DNA of 62,885 bases, the filler included, from Folioceros fuciformis (lineage: Eukaryota): NCBI GenBank assembly GCA_049999805.1. It is 13 parts of 13 records of this genome, joined end to end, with 100 filler letters (N's around TTAATTAATTAA, not from the genome) between each part and the next. Parts side by side here need not be neighbours in the genome. Positions count along the whole stretch, not along the records: positions 12,344 to 15,257 come from JBNGIO010005583.1; positions 15,358 to 24,636 come from JBNGIO010005584.1; positions 24,737 to 29,513 come from JBNGIO010005585.1; 10 more parts are not named here. One strand, given 5' to 3'. A model generated the notes under the pieces. The model had not been told where the DNA came from. It searched no databases and saw nothing but the letters and a program-made list of their open reading frames with translations. A program made the translations under genes and the position numbers. Below, one piece after another: positions 12,344-25,480 of the stretch (position 1 is the stretch's first letter; the number at the start of each line of letters is the position of its first letter).

Positions 12344-15257
12344 GTTAATATCTGGCCTTGATGAGATTACGTTACACCATACTGATGGTGCAACTACAGC
12401 AGTAGAAGCTTGGAAGCAAATAAATGACATTTATCAATCCACCAACGTAATGACACTGGTCACCATACGACAAGAGTTTTATACTCTTCGTATGCAACCA
12501 GGCGATAGTATTGCCCACCATGTGAGTCATTTTTGGTACCTCCGGGCACAATTGGCTTCACTAGGCACTACTATATCAGAGTTCGATGCTGCTGTACAAC
12601 TATTGGCTAGCCTTCCGGCTAGCTTTTAATCTTTTGTCTCTTCACAGAACCAGTCCGTCCGTATCTCTTAGCAAGCTGTGGCAACAGGTGGTCAATCCAC
12701 ACTTACTGTGTCAGAAATTATAGGCGCGCTCCTCCAAGAGGAGGCTTCTCGCTTTAATTCCGGCACGTGTAAGCATGGTGGTGAGCGCGTGATGTTTGTG
12801 ACACGAGGGCAGTCTCAACATTAGCCTAAGAAAAGAGACAATACTAATAGAAGGATGCCTTCTAGTAGTAATTCCAAACCTGCTTCTTCTCCCTCTACCA
12901 CCAAGACCCAGAAGCGTCCAGGCACGTGTAATTGGTGCCAGATTCCGGGCCATTGGGAGAGGGAGTGTAGGAAGAAGCAAGCTGGTGAGGCTAAGAGGGA
13001 GCCCAAGTCTGCCAATACGGCTGTTGCTCCCAAGGCCAAGAATCAGTCTAAAACAGAGATTGCTCCTACAGTGTGCCTAGTTACCTCATCGTGGCTCATT
13101 GACTCTGCGGCTGCTGCTCACATTTGCAGTTCCAAGCATATGTTTACTACCTATGAGCTGTCTTCTGATCCTCCTCGGTATGTGCTCTCAGGAGATGACT
13201 CCGGTCTTGCCATACATGGCATAGGGAATGTGACTTTCAAATTAGAAGATAATTCTATCCTTATGCTAAAGAATGTACAACATGTTCCGCAAATGGCTAA
13301 GAACCTTATTTCAATTCATCATCTTATGCACGTTGGTCTCTTCAAACTGGAGTTTGACAAAGGGGATTGCCTACTCTATTGCTCCTCTAAGCCACATCAA
13401 GTGGTTGCACGACGACGTCTTCAGAGTGATCTGTACATATTTTCAAGCACCCTTGTGTATTCCTCTAGCACAGCTGTTGTGGATTCAACCCAGGCTGCAT
13501 ATATTCGTAGGCAATTGTCCTCCAGGCAAGCCTTCTTATGGCATTGTAGGCTCGGGCATTTTAATTCTGCCAAGTTACTTGCCATGTCCATGCAGGATCT
13601 CTATCGTGATAAGTTACCATCCTTGGCCAAGACTCCACCTTTCTGTGAAGCCTGTGTGTTGGCCAAGCAAAGAAGTGCACCATACTCTAGGCTTCCTGCA
13701 CACAAGGCGTCTCAGCCCTTGGAACCAGTTCACGTGGATCTGTGTGGACCTCTTCCTGTCACTTCTTTAGGTGGAGCTTGCCATTTTATGACTATAGTGG
13801 ATGATTATTCCCGTAATTCCTTTGCGTATCCATTGCGTCTCAAGAGCGACTCTTTTGCTGTGTTCCAGCCTTTTGTCTCGATGGCCGAGTTGCACACCGG
13901 GTGCAAGCTGCGGTGCATTCGTTTAGACAATGCATGGGAACTCAACAATAGTCTCTTCCATGCATTCTGTGAAGAACGTGGGATTACTCGTCAGTTTACG
14001 GTTCCCTACACTTCTGCTCAGAATGGCGTTGCGGAGAAGGCCAATGGCGATCTTATGGCCATGGCCAGGGCAATGCTAGCCCAATCTCGTTTACCCAAGT
14101 CATTTTGGGCTGAGGCTATATCCACAGCCACTTATATTAAGAATCGGCTTCTTACAAAGGCAGTAGTTGGCCGTACTCCTTTTGAATGTTGGTTTGGTTA
14201 CAAGCCACTTATTACTCATCTTCGGGTTTTTGGCTCTCCAGCCTTTGCCTATGTCCCATCCCCATTACGTGACAAGCTTTCGTCTCGAGCACGGAAACTT
14301 GTATTTGTTGGCTATGGGGAGGACCGCAAGGCTTATAAGCTCGTTGATACTCACTCTCATACTCCGGTCTATGCTCGAACGGTGACTTTTGATGAAGGTT
14401 ATGTTCTATCTCATGGCCCTGTTCTGGATGGCGAAGAGGATGACAGTTCTCCCACCAGTAGCCCTCGTCCTCTTGACGATCATTATGTCTCCTTTGACTT
14501 CAATTCTTCATCCTTTCCTGATGATTCCACCCCTATGGATCCTTCCTCTCAAGCAGCTCCGGATTCTCCAGCTTTTGCTCGAGGGGGGGAAGATGAAGGT
14601 GAAGCTGTAGAAGAGGGCCCCATGGGGACTGCTCAAGATCTGGATCCTCCTAATGATATACTTGTACCAAATGTTCACATTTCGCCGTCGAGGACAGGTG
14701 ATAGTGCTCCAGAGTGCAGGTATCCTTCTCGTCAGAGACAACCAAGACATTTGTGGGGTGAAAAACCTTTTGATATAGAATATAATCAAGCGGGATATAT
14801 TGGTATTTATCCCACTGTGTATTCTCTTGCTGTAATCTCTGCTCTTTCAGAGGGAGATCCTCTCACACTCCGAGAAGCATACTCTAGAGCGGATGCTGAT
14901 AAGTGGAAATTAGCTATTGACGATGAGTACAACTCTCTAGTCAAAAACAACACTTGGCAACTAGTAGATCTTCCTGCAGGCAAGACTATAGTCAAGTGTA
15001 AGTGGGTACTAAAAACCAAGTTTCAAGAGGTAGAGCCTCGGATAAGATACAAAGCCAGGTTAGTGGCCAAGGGTTATAGCGAGCGAGAGGGAGTAGACTA
15101 TTAGGGTGACCAGGTTTACTCACCTGTTGTCAAAGCAACGTCTATAAGGATGCTTCTGGCCCTGTGCGCTGAACTCAACCTTACCATCTATCAACTAGAT
15201 GTCTGCACAACCTTCCTGTATGGTCATTTAGAAGAAGAAATCTATATGGATCAACCT
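12344..15257 (+). mobile_element. copia gag-pol (gag with stops, CCHC, PR, INT, start of RT)
   Basis: CNWCQIPGHWEREC, WLIDSAA, HVDLCGP, YKARLVAKG. Confidence 0.96.
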
Positions 15258-15390
15258 NNNNNNNNNNNNNNNNNNNNNNNNNNNNNNNNNNNNNNNNNNN
15301 NTTAATTAATTAANNNNNNNNNNNNNNNNNNNNNNNNNNNNNNNNNNNNNNNNNNNNCCTCCTACGCCGATCTTGCACCGCCTGCACCGG

Positions 15391-15695
15391 GCTCTGATAC
15401 CATGTCAATAGGATCGACTCCAATCTACGTGCAAGTGTAGGAGAGGAGAGGAGAGAAGAGAGGGTGGTATTGGTGATCACAACCATGAAAACAATACACA
15501 TCACCACTGTCTTACTATGGAGGTCCGAGGTCTCCATTTAAGTAGTACATTTAGGGCTACACAACTTCCAGGTTCAATATGGGATAATCTACACTATCCT
15601 AAGTTCACTAATAACTAGAACTAGTCTAGTATGAACCCAACTGGGATAACTAACACCACATGAGTTTAGCTCATATAGAGCTCGATAACTCAACA
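15391..15695 (-). repeat. 293-bp LTR (15403-15695) plus PBS, second copy
   Basis: Reverse complement of 11886-12190 with about 2 differences seen; different flank. Confidence 0.95.
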
Positions 15696-17851
15696 AAAAT
15701 GAGTTTAGAGAACTCTCCTAGCTTTATAGGAGATCCCCTCTCTCTTCACGCTCTCTCTCTCCTTAGGTTAATACTATAAAAATCAACTAAATTAATGAAC
15801 CTCTTGGCTCATTGACCTAGGCCTGCCTAGAAAGTAACTCGGTGTCAGAAGTCTTAATGGGCCTACCATTTAGGCCTAATCACCACAAGCCAACATAAAC
15901 TAAGTCTAAACAGTGGGGTCTGACCCCACTCCTGACAGTCCTCCACCAGCTATGTCCTTGGGAGGGAACCTTCTGATCTTTTGCTGGCTGCAATTATCCT
16001 CCTCGTCCTCCTGTGCTGTCACCTCATTAGTTGGTCTCTTCCTTGTGGTTGACTGAGGTGCAATTGCTGGGCTGCTCTCCAAAGGCATAGGAGGGAGAGA
16101 CTCCTCTTGTCCTATAGGCAACACAAGCGACAGATGCACGTGAGCTTCCGTCCTGGGGTCAAGTGTCCCCAAGATCTCTTGTCTGTCAAATGTGCATTCC
16201 ACATCTATCGAGCTGCCCCTCGCATCTTGGGTGGGCATAGGACCAGTGCTGTATGTAGAGCCATTCTATCATAATGTCAGGATTTGCAGCATAGGGACAA
16301 AAGTCCCACAAATCCTTGAGTGACACCTGTCCTGCAAGGCACAAAAATTGTATCTTCTCCTGCTTGGGGCCTTCCTTGGCACTAGAGGGGTGGAAGTGGA
16401 GTCCACTTGTCCCTTTGTCTCACCCATGCCCTTCTTTGTCTTCATGTTTCACTGGTTGAGCCCCAAGTCCAACCACTGTTGACCACACTTCCATCCGGCC
16501 AAGAGCAAACCACCTCAACGTTGGTGAATCCTAAAGTACGAGCCCACAGCACCCTAAACCCCTCACAGCACTGCTTGCAGCTCCTTCATGAGCTCACAAA
16601 CCAGCCTTCATCACCCCCCTACAATTGCTAGATCACCTGCACCTACGAAGGAAAAGAAAAAGAAAGGGGGGGGGGGAAAGAAAAAGAACAGGAGGCCAAG
16701 AGCCACACCCCCTCCTTTACACTCAGCCATAGCCCGTGGAGATTGAGGCACCTGCCTCACTTCCTGCCCCTTGCCTGTGAGAGAAAGAAAGGAAAAAACA
16801 CACAAAAAGACCAGGATCTGCACCCCGTTCCCCTTCTTCACAACCTAATCCATCAGCTCTTGTGGGCAGCCCTCTAGAGGGAGCTTGGCTGGCTCCACAC
16901 GCTACTCTCCACACTAAACTCAGCAGATCAGGGGAGTGCAAAAACCCCCACTGAGACCCGCTCCCCTTGATCAGCAAATTAGAGAGAAAGGCGGAGTCTT
17001 GGGAGGTGGCTCTTCACTCCCTTTGCTCACAGCCCTCCTCCACGCTTCTTCAGCCCTCCTCCACGCTCCTTCAGCCAGCCTCGCATGCAGCCTAGGCCTC
17101 CTCCAGCTCACAGATCCCTAGGATCTTGCCCCTAGATCGCTCCTTGATCACAGAAAGGAAAAAAAACAGAAGGAGGAGTAGCCGCCGCGTTTCCTCTCCC
17201 CCTTGGCAGCCTCACTGCCTCTCCAATATCCAAGCTCGTTGCCTCTCCACTGTGACAGCCTCCCTGCCTCCTACAACTCACAGATCCTTGCTGTCTGTCC
17301 GTTCGACACAAACGGCTACTTTTACTAAGCTCCCAAGCACCTGAGGACTTAGAGTGGCTGCATGTCACATGGAAACTTGGAGCGCTTGCAGCTTGGTGAC
17401 TTGGAGTTCTCGCATGCCACTTGGGGACTCAAAGTGCCGGCATGCAATATGGGGACTTAGGGTTCTTGCATGCAGCTTGGTTTAGCAGGTTCTTGCCCGG
17501 ACCTCTTACCAAACCTATTGGTTCCGTACCAAACCACTTCTGCCCCCCTGACAAATCCATAAGACTCCTATTCCTCGGACAGATTCTTCTCCTTACCATG
17601 CGTGAACACACCCACTCACATATATAGCCGCTGAAAAAATAAATATAGAAAATAAAACCAAAACTAACTAGGAAGGAACCAACCTTCCCTATACTAGCCG
17701 CATTTGTACAAGTTGTACCAAAATTGGAACACTGGCCCAAAATTCTATGTTCCACATACTCCCCTCCTCAGCTGTTTGCGTCCTCGCAAACACAAGAGGG
17801 CCTCCCCCTCTAAGGCTTGAAATACTTCTTGACCCTCCAACCATTCACCCT
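15696..17851 (-). mobile_element. Ty3/gypsy-like 3' end: integrase C-terminus, PPT (about 17758-17772), long LTR starting about 17757
   Basis: Minus strand reads VNGWRVKKYFKP*, then GAGGAGGGGAGTA-TGTGGAAC. Confidence 0.6.
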
Positions 17852-17854
17852 TGT

Positions 17855-20800
17855 TGTCAGAAGGTCACACTCAGTTCTCGCAATGACAGATTTCCTAGAG
17901 CGGAGAGCGAGAGAGAAGTTGTATATTCGACAAAATATAAATTACATTAATCAATCAACAAAAGTGTTTAAGTACAAAATTGACTAAGTGACTGTTCATA
18001 TTAGGGCTAGCTGAATTGATAAATATATAAAGCCCTAGTGACGTGGTTACCTATACCTAGGTAGGTTTCTCAACACACCCCCTTAACCATGACACGATAA
18101 CTGCGACAACTCCAGAAAAATGACGAGCTCGTTCGACTTGGCGCTCTCCATCTGTGCACCCGGAATCGCCATGTTCCTCCTCACAAAGCATGTGCAGAAG
18201 GAACTGCAGAGATGGACATGCAAACTGCAGGCAAGGAGAACGACCGACGCCCACTAGAGAAACTACGACTCAAAGAAAGAGGTCACTCTGGCTGGATGGA
18301 AAGTCCAACTCGCGCTGTCCTTAACCATCAGCCCACCAGCAAAAATTGCAGCGCTGGCAAGGGCGAAGAGAAGACGAGCCCAGCTGGCGGACAGATTGGC
18401 AAAAGCAGCAAGAGTCCCATTACCAGAGTAGCAACAAGAATTGCGATTAAAAGCTGAAGGTGATGGTTCATCCGCGAGTACCTGTTGCGCATAATTGCAG
18501 CATAACCTGAGATGCCTAGCGCTATGATGGAAGAATGCTAAGATAGTCTGTGAGTCCCATTTCCTCAAGGAAGAAGCTGTGCTTAGATTTGGGCAGCGCC
18601 TTGGTAAGCAGATCAGCTAGGTTCAAATCTGTGGGTATGTACTCTATCTTGACAATCTTCCTTTCTACTGAATGACGCACGAAGTGGTGCTGGATTTCTA
18701 TGTGTTTCGTGCCTGCGTGGAAACGAGGGTTGCCCACCAGAGCTATTGTGGATTGATTGTCGCAAAAGACTGTGGTAGGATAGGCTTGTGGAAACATAAG
18801 GCATGCCAGGAACTCCGTGCCCACTCTGCCTCCGTGGCAGAGTCTGTGAGTGCCTTGTATTCGGCCTCAGTTGAAGAGAGGGCCATGGATACCTGCTTCT
18901 TAGTGCTCCAGTTCACGACTGCACCAGAAAGAGAGAAGCAATAAGCAGACAGGCTTCAACGTGTCTCAGGGTCCGATGCCCAATCTGCATCGGCATACCC
19001 TTGTAGGATAAAGTCTGTATCAGGTGAGGCACCACGATAGCAAAGTCCATAAGTAGATGTACCCTTTAGATATCGTAGCACTCGCTTAACTGCTCCCCAG
19101 TGATCTTTGCCAGGCTTCTCGAGAAACTGGGAAACGCTGTTCACAGCATGCTGGATATCTGGTCTAGTCCAACAGGCTATATAATTTAGGCAGCCCACGG
19201 CATGCTGGTATGGAATATCAGCCATGTCTTGAAGCTCTTCATCAGTCTGTGGGGACTGCTGCGAGGTAAGCCTAGAACCCACAACTCCTGGTGTGCTAAC
19301 AGGTTTAGCGTTGTCCAAGTTAAAACGCTTCAAGGTCTCATTTACATACTTGGTCTGATGTAGAACCAGGGTCTGATTCCCACGATCCCTAAGCAGCTGG
19401 ATTCCAAGTACAAAAGTAAGAGCACCAATATCCTTCATATCATACTGCTTGTGCAGCATCTGTTTAACCCAATCCAGAAGCTCACGATTGTCTGAAGCTA
19501 AAATAGCATCATCTACATACAATGCTAAATGACAATATGCCCATTTCTTGAGTAGATGTAAACGTTGGCATCTGCAGAGTTCTGGACAAAACCTATCGAC
19601 TTCAGGTAAGCATCGATTGTTTTATACCACTCACGGGCACTCTGTTTTAGTCCATAGATTGTCTTCTTGAGTCTACACACCCATGTTGGATGTTCAGGGT
19701 CGACGAAGCCCTTGGGCTGCTCCATGAAGATATCCTCCTCAAGCTCACCATATAAAAATGCAGTGGAAACGTCCATCTGCTCAAGATCCCAGTCACGGGC
19801 TGCAGCAAGAGCAAGGATCATTCTAATTAATTGTGTTTTCACAACAGGGCTAAATGTCTCCGTATAGTCCACTCCTGCAACTTGGGAAAAACCTTGAGCA
19901 ACTAGCCTAGACTTGTATCTGGCAATCTGGCCTTGGGCATTCAGCTTATGCTTGAAGACCCATTTACAACTCATTGCCTTTCGTCCAGCAGGTAGAGGGC
20001 ACAGCTCCCAAGTTTCATTTTGGATGAGCGAATTGTATTCATCCCGTATAGAGGGAATCCGTTTGTCCTTATCTCTGCATGTGTGATTGCTTCCTTGTAG
20101 GATCTAGGTTCTGCAGGGTGCTCAGTAGAAGAGGAGAATACAATTGGTGAGTTGAGTGCCATTCTTGACGACTTAGGGTTTCTAAAGTCTATGGCCTCAT
20201 ATGGCCTTTCATACCCTTGATCCCTAGGGTTTCTAGTTCTGCTAGGATATCTACGCTCCTCAGGAGCAGGGACAGGTGGCTCTTCAACTCATGCCGTTGG
20301 TGCAACAGGATCAGGATCCTCCTGTTCATCGCCATCATCGAAAGATGCAGCTATGTCAAGAATATCATGTAAGTCTTCAGCTACGGGAAAATGCTCTAAA
20401 TCATCAGCATTGACGTGCTCATCATGTGCTGCAAGAGGTTCAAGCTCATAATCTAACAGCGTATCTATCTGGTCTTGCAAAATAGGTTGTGTAGGTTGGA
20501 CAGCAGTTACATACTGTTGAGCAGCAGGAACAGGGTGGGATGCAGATGATGGGAATCCACCCCCTGAACCACTTGTGGCTAGTGAAGCACCCCCTGAAGA
20601 CGGAACCATGAAGATATCTTGAGGATACTCCGAGACAGTAGTGTCAAAATCATCTTCAGGAAACTCAGGAACAGCAGAAGCAGAAGCAAAATGTGAAACT
20701 GCTGGTTGAGTGAGCTCTTTGAAAGTGACGCTGCGAGCAAATATGCAAGACCGAGAGGTAGGGTCATACAATTTACAAGCCTTGGTCTCTTCACCATAGC

Positions 20801-22150
20801 CAATGAAAATGAGGGGCTTGGCCTGAGCATCCAACTTCTTAAGTTGTTCTGCAGGGATATATGCATAGGCTGGCGAGCCAAAAACACGCAAATGAAGAAG
20901 ACTTGGACGTCGCTGCCAGAAAACCTCAAATGGAGTCCGCCCCTCGACAGAACTGGTGAGAAGGCGATTGAGAATATAGGTGGCAGTGACAATTGCCTCA
21001 GCCCAGTAAGCCTTGTGCAAACCAGACCATTGAAGCATGCTGCGAGTCATCCCTAACAAAGTTTGATTCCTTCTCTCAGCAACACCATTTTGCTGCTGGG
21101 TGTAGGGAACAGCAAGCTGGCGCAAGATACCGTGATCTGCTAGATACTGGTCGAAAGCATGGTTGATGAACTCCGTACCGTTGTCAGATCTCAAACAACG
21201 AAGAAGCCGACCAGTCTGCCGTTGCACAATGGTAAGCCACTCTTGAAAGACTGGAAAGGTATATGATTTCGTCCTTATAGGGTAGGTCCAACAATACCTA
21301 CTATAGTCATCGATGAGAGTAAGATAATAGTTGGACTTGCCAAGAGAAGAAACATGGATCTTACCAGATATATCTGTATGCACCAGATCGAGAACATTCG
21401 ATGTTCTATGGGCAACATCAGACGGGAAAGGAAGCTCTTTTTGTTTGGCAAGGACGCAAGAATCACATAAGGGAAGTTCTTTAAAGCACTTGGGCAAAGG
21501 CTCTTTATAACATTCCGTACTGAACATCTTAATAAGCTTATTCTTATTAGCATGTCCCAAACAAGCGTGCCAAAGCTGTGCTAGTGCTTACTGTGTTTTG
21601 GCAGCCACAAAAGCACTCTGAGCAGATTGGCAACATAAGTCCAATTGATATAAGTCATCGACCAAGAGCCCTTGAGCAACAGGATCACGCGCACCCTTAT
21701 ATTTGAGAGTGCAGCCCTCAGCGGCAAATAGAAGATCAAACTATCGAAGTTTCATCAATTGACTAACCGAGAGAAGATGCTTGGCCATCGTTGGTACGTA
21801 GAGAACGTGATCCAAGTGAAGCGTTGAGACATCTTTGAGTCGGAAAGTGCAGGATCCTGTGCCGAAGATCTTTAAACATGTACGGGTAAGCTCATCTCCC
21901 AACAGAACTTTCTTATGAGTCACGTTGCTGGAGTAAAATTGCTAAGCAAGTTCCTGTTGTGACATACATGAGAAGTGATGCCCGAATCCAAATACCAAGA
22001 GTCTGGCTCACAAACAGAGGTAGAATGGCAAACGGTCATCACTACAAGCTGCTTGCTAGAAGAAGAGGCCTGTGAGGACCTGTCCTTGGAAACCGAGTGT
22101 GCCTCAACCGCCTTCTGGGTCTTCTCGGCCTTTTTAGTTGGAAGACTACA
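17855..22150 (-). mobile_element. copia element (PR-INT-RT-RH, 3' UTR, PPT 18076-18086, 3' LTR about 17855-18075), decayed
   Basis: WYLDSG, HTDISGK, RSDNGTEF, QMDV, YVDD, YADADWA, KHIEIQHHF; several stops. Confidence 0.96.
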
Positions 22151-24636
22151 TGCGGAAGCGTGTCTTCAATACAAAAGATAAATTAAGAATAATACAAAAT
22201 ACAAATAGTTTTCCTTTTATAGGTATCACCCTAAAGGGTGTGACTTTTCACTAGCCTAGCAAATTAACATAACTCTTGGTTGGCTAAACTAGCATGACTT
22301 ATGGTTACTTAACTCTAGTGGACTGGTACCCCCTCTAACTCTCCCTCTCAGTCACGTAGAGGTTATGAGAGCTCTATTAGAGGTCAGTGCTTCAAAAGTT
22401 TGTAGCAAAGAGCTATCTACTTCAGCTCAGCTGTCAAATCTTCCAGTCGCTGACACTGTCAAGAAGTCTGTCGCTGGCGACAACCTCCACAGTAGCGCAC
22501 TGGTCATGACTAGAACAGAAGTAATACTCCAATTACAGCTACCCTTGCACTAGATGAAGCAAGAAGGAATATCATTACCACGTCTTCAAGTTTTCTTAGG
22601 TAACATAACCACTACAATCTACAAGGCCAAGTCCTTCCCTATGAAAACAGTGTCTAAACTTAGGAAGTGACTTGGTCAGAACATCAGCTACATTGAGATC
22701 TGTAGGTACATACTGAATCTTTACTAAGCCCCTCTCAGCAGCATCCCTAACGTAATGATGTTGGATCTCGATGTGCTTAGTGCGGGCATGAAAAACAGGA
22801 TTAGCCACCATAGCAATGGCTGACATGTTATCACAGTTGAGGATGGTAGGACCCTTTTGGAGCATTCCCAGATCCTCACATAGCTTCCTTTCCCACTCAG
22901 CCTCCTTTGTAGCTTCTGTCAATGCCTTGTACTCTGAATCTATAGAAGACAGAGATATGGAGGCTTGTTTCCTGCAAGACTAGTTTATTACTGTGGAGCC
23001 AACCAGAAAACAACAAGCAGAAAGGCTTTTGCGGGTATCAGCATCAGAAGCCCAATCAGCATCTACATAACAGCTGAGCTGTAGATGCTTCTTCCCGTTG
23101 GGTTTGTAACAGAGACCGAAATTAGGAGTATCCTTAAGGTATCGCATTATTCTTTTAACTGCAACCCAGTGGTCTCTTCCTGGATTCTCAGAGAATTGTG
23201 CAACTGCATTCACAGTGTTAGATATATCTGGTCTGGTCCAGTTGCTTAGGAACATGAGAGTGCCTACTGCCATTCGATATAGCACACTCTCCATCTCCTT
23301 TTTATCCTCTTCAGACTGCGGACAGGATGAGGAGGACAGCTTAGTGCAAACGGCACCTGGAGTAGCAGCAGCTCGTGCATGTTCCAAGTTAAACTTCTTC
23401 AACATTCCAGCTACATATCTTCCCTGATGAAGATAGATAGCTCCTGTAGACCTATCTTTATGAACATGCATACCTAGAATATACTTTACTTGACCAAGGT
23501 CTTTCATCTCAAATTCTTTACTGAGATCTGCCTTGATCTGGTTAACCAGCTCCACATTATTTCCAGGGATGACTAAGTCATCAACATATAATGCTATTAA
23601 AACAAGTGAACTGTCTCGTCGCAGTACATAGAGATTAGTATCAGCTTCACTTTGCACAAAGCCAATCTTCTTAAGATATGTATCAATTCGCTTGTACCAA
23701 AGGCGTGGGCTTTGTTTAAGCCCATAAATGGAGTGAAGAAGTTTACACACCTTAGGAGGATGTTTCTTATCTTCATAGTCCTCAGGCTGATCCATATAGA
23801 TTTCTTCTTCTAAATGACCATAAAGGCTGTGCAGACATCCAATTGATAAATGGTAAGGTTAAGTACAGCGCACAGAGCCAGAAGCATTCTTATAGATGCT
23901 GCTTTAACAAGAAGTGAGTAATCCTGGTCACCCTGATAGTCAACTCCCTCTCGCTGACTATAACCCTTGGCCACTAACCGGGCTTTGTATCTTATCTGGG
24001 GCTCTACCTCTTGAAACTTGGTTTTTAGCACCCACTTACACTTGACTGTAGTCCTGCCTGAGGGAAGATCTACTAACTGCCAAGTGTTATTTTTGACTAG
24101 AGAGTTGTACTCATCATCAACAGCTAACTTCCACTTGTCAGCGATCGGTCTAGAATATGCTTCTCTAAGAGTGAGAGGATCTCCCTCTGAAAGAGTAGAG
24201 GTTATGGCTAGAGAATACATAGTGGGATCAACACCAATAAATCCAGCTTGATTAAATTCTAAATCAAATGGTTTTTCCCCCCACAAATGTCTTGGCTGTC
24301 TTAAACGTGAAGGATACCTCCGCTCTGGAGCACTATCCCTTGTCCTGTCACCTGTCATAGGCACATCTGGTATAGGAGTTGAAGTAGGTGGATCTATGTC
24401 TGGATATGCAACGTCTTCGTCTTCATCATCATCAATTTCCCCCCCTCGAGCAGCATCCGGAGAATCTGGAGATGCTTGAGATGAAGGTGCCTCTGGAACA
24501 GAAGCATCAGGAAAGGACGAAGAAGTAAAGTCAAAGGAAACAGGAAAGGACGAAGAAGTAAAGTCAAAGGAAACGGATAGATCATCCATGGGATGAGGAC
24601 TAGAAGTGTGAGAACTATCATCCTCGTCGCCATCCA
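22151..24636 (-). mobile_element. copia 3' half (RT-RH, LTR about 22151-22340), same family as 12344-15257
   Basis: LYVDD, YVDADWA; shared RQPRHLWGEKPFD and KTKFQEVEP motifs. Confidence 0.95.
24510..24574. repeat. 33-bp tandem duplication in the INT-RT linker
   Basis: GGAAAGGACGAAGAAGTAAAGTCAAAGGAAAC twice (VSFDFTSSSFP x2). Confidence 0.9.
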
Positions 24637-24889
24637 NNNNNNNNNNNNNNNNNNNNNNNNNNNNNNNNNNNNNNNNNNNNTTAATTAATTAANNNNNNNN
24701 NNNNNNNNNNNNNNNNNNNNNNNNNNNNNNNNNNNNTCTCTCAGATCATTCCAGCAACCCTTCAAAGACACATCTCACCTCACCATTAATCTAGCTACTA
24801 ATCTTTCCTAATCTTTTAACTTTTTCACCACAGGGTTCACTTAGAGATTCCCAAAAAGAGAAATCCTACCATTTTCCAAGGACCTATTC

Positions 24890-25480
24890 AGGATGTGGAG
24901 TCCACAAGCATCTTTCCATGTTACTCCGCATAGGAAGTGGTTTAGTACTTATGATGCTACTAGAAAAGGATGTGTTTGGCTTGGAAATAACTACGCATGC
25001 CAGATTGGTGATGTGTAGTTGAAGTTCGACTATGGATCTTCATTTGTACTGAAGGATGTTAGGCATGTTCCGAAGTTGACCAAAAGCATGATTAGCGTAG
25101 CGAAGTTGGATGACGCTGGCTTCCACTGTTGGTTTGGAGATCGTTCTTGGAAGATCTCCAAAGGTTCTCTTATGTTAGCTCGTGGATCGAAGTGTGGCAC
25201 TTTGTACTCACTTCAGGTAACCACTATCCAAGATCATGTGATTTGTGTAACGAAACAGCCAAGTGTTTCCTTGTGGCATAGTCGGTTAGGACATATGTCT
25301 CAAAAAGGAATGAAGATCTTATCTCGTTTTGGTTACGTCCCTGCTTTTGACTTCTCTGATTTCTCCGTGTGTGAGCACAGTTTGTATGGGAAACAAACGA
25401 AGTCACCACATGGAGCAAGAGGTAAACACACAAGTAAACCTCTTGAATTGGTCCACAGTGACGTTTGTGGACCTATGCCC
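24890..25480 (+). pseudogene. copia protease / GAG-pre-integrase fragment (different lineage)
   Basis: DVRHVPKL, LWHSRLGHMS, LVHSDVCGPMP; interrupted by an LTR at 25481. Confidence 0.9.
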
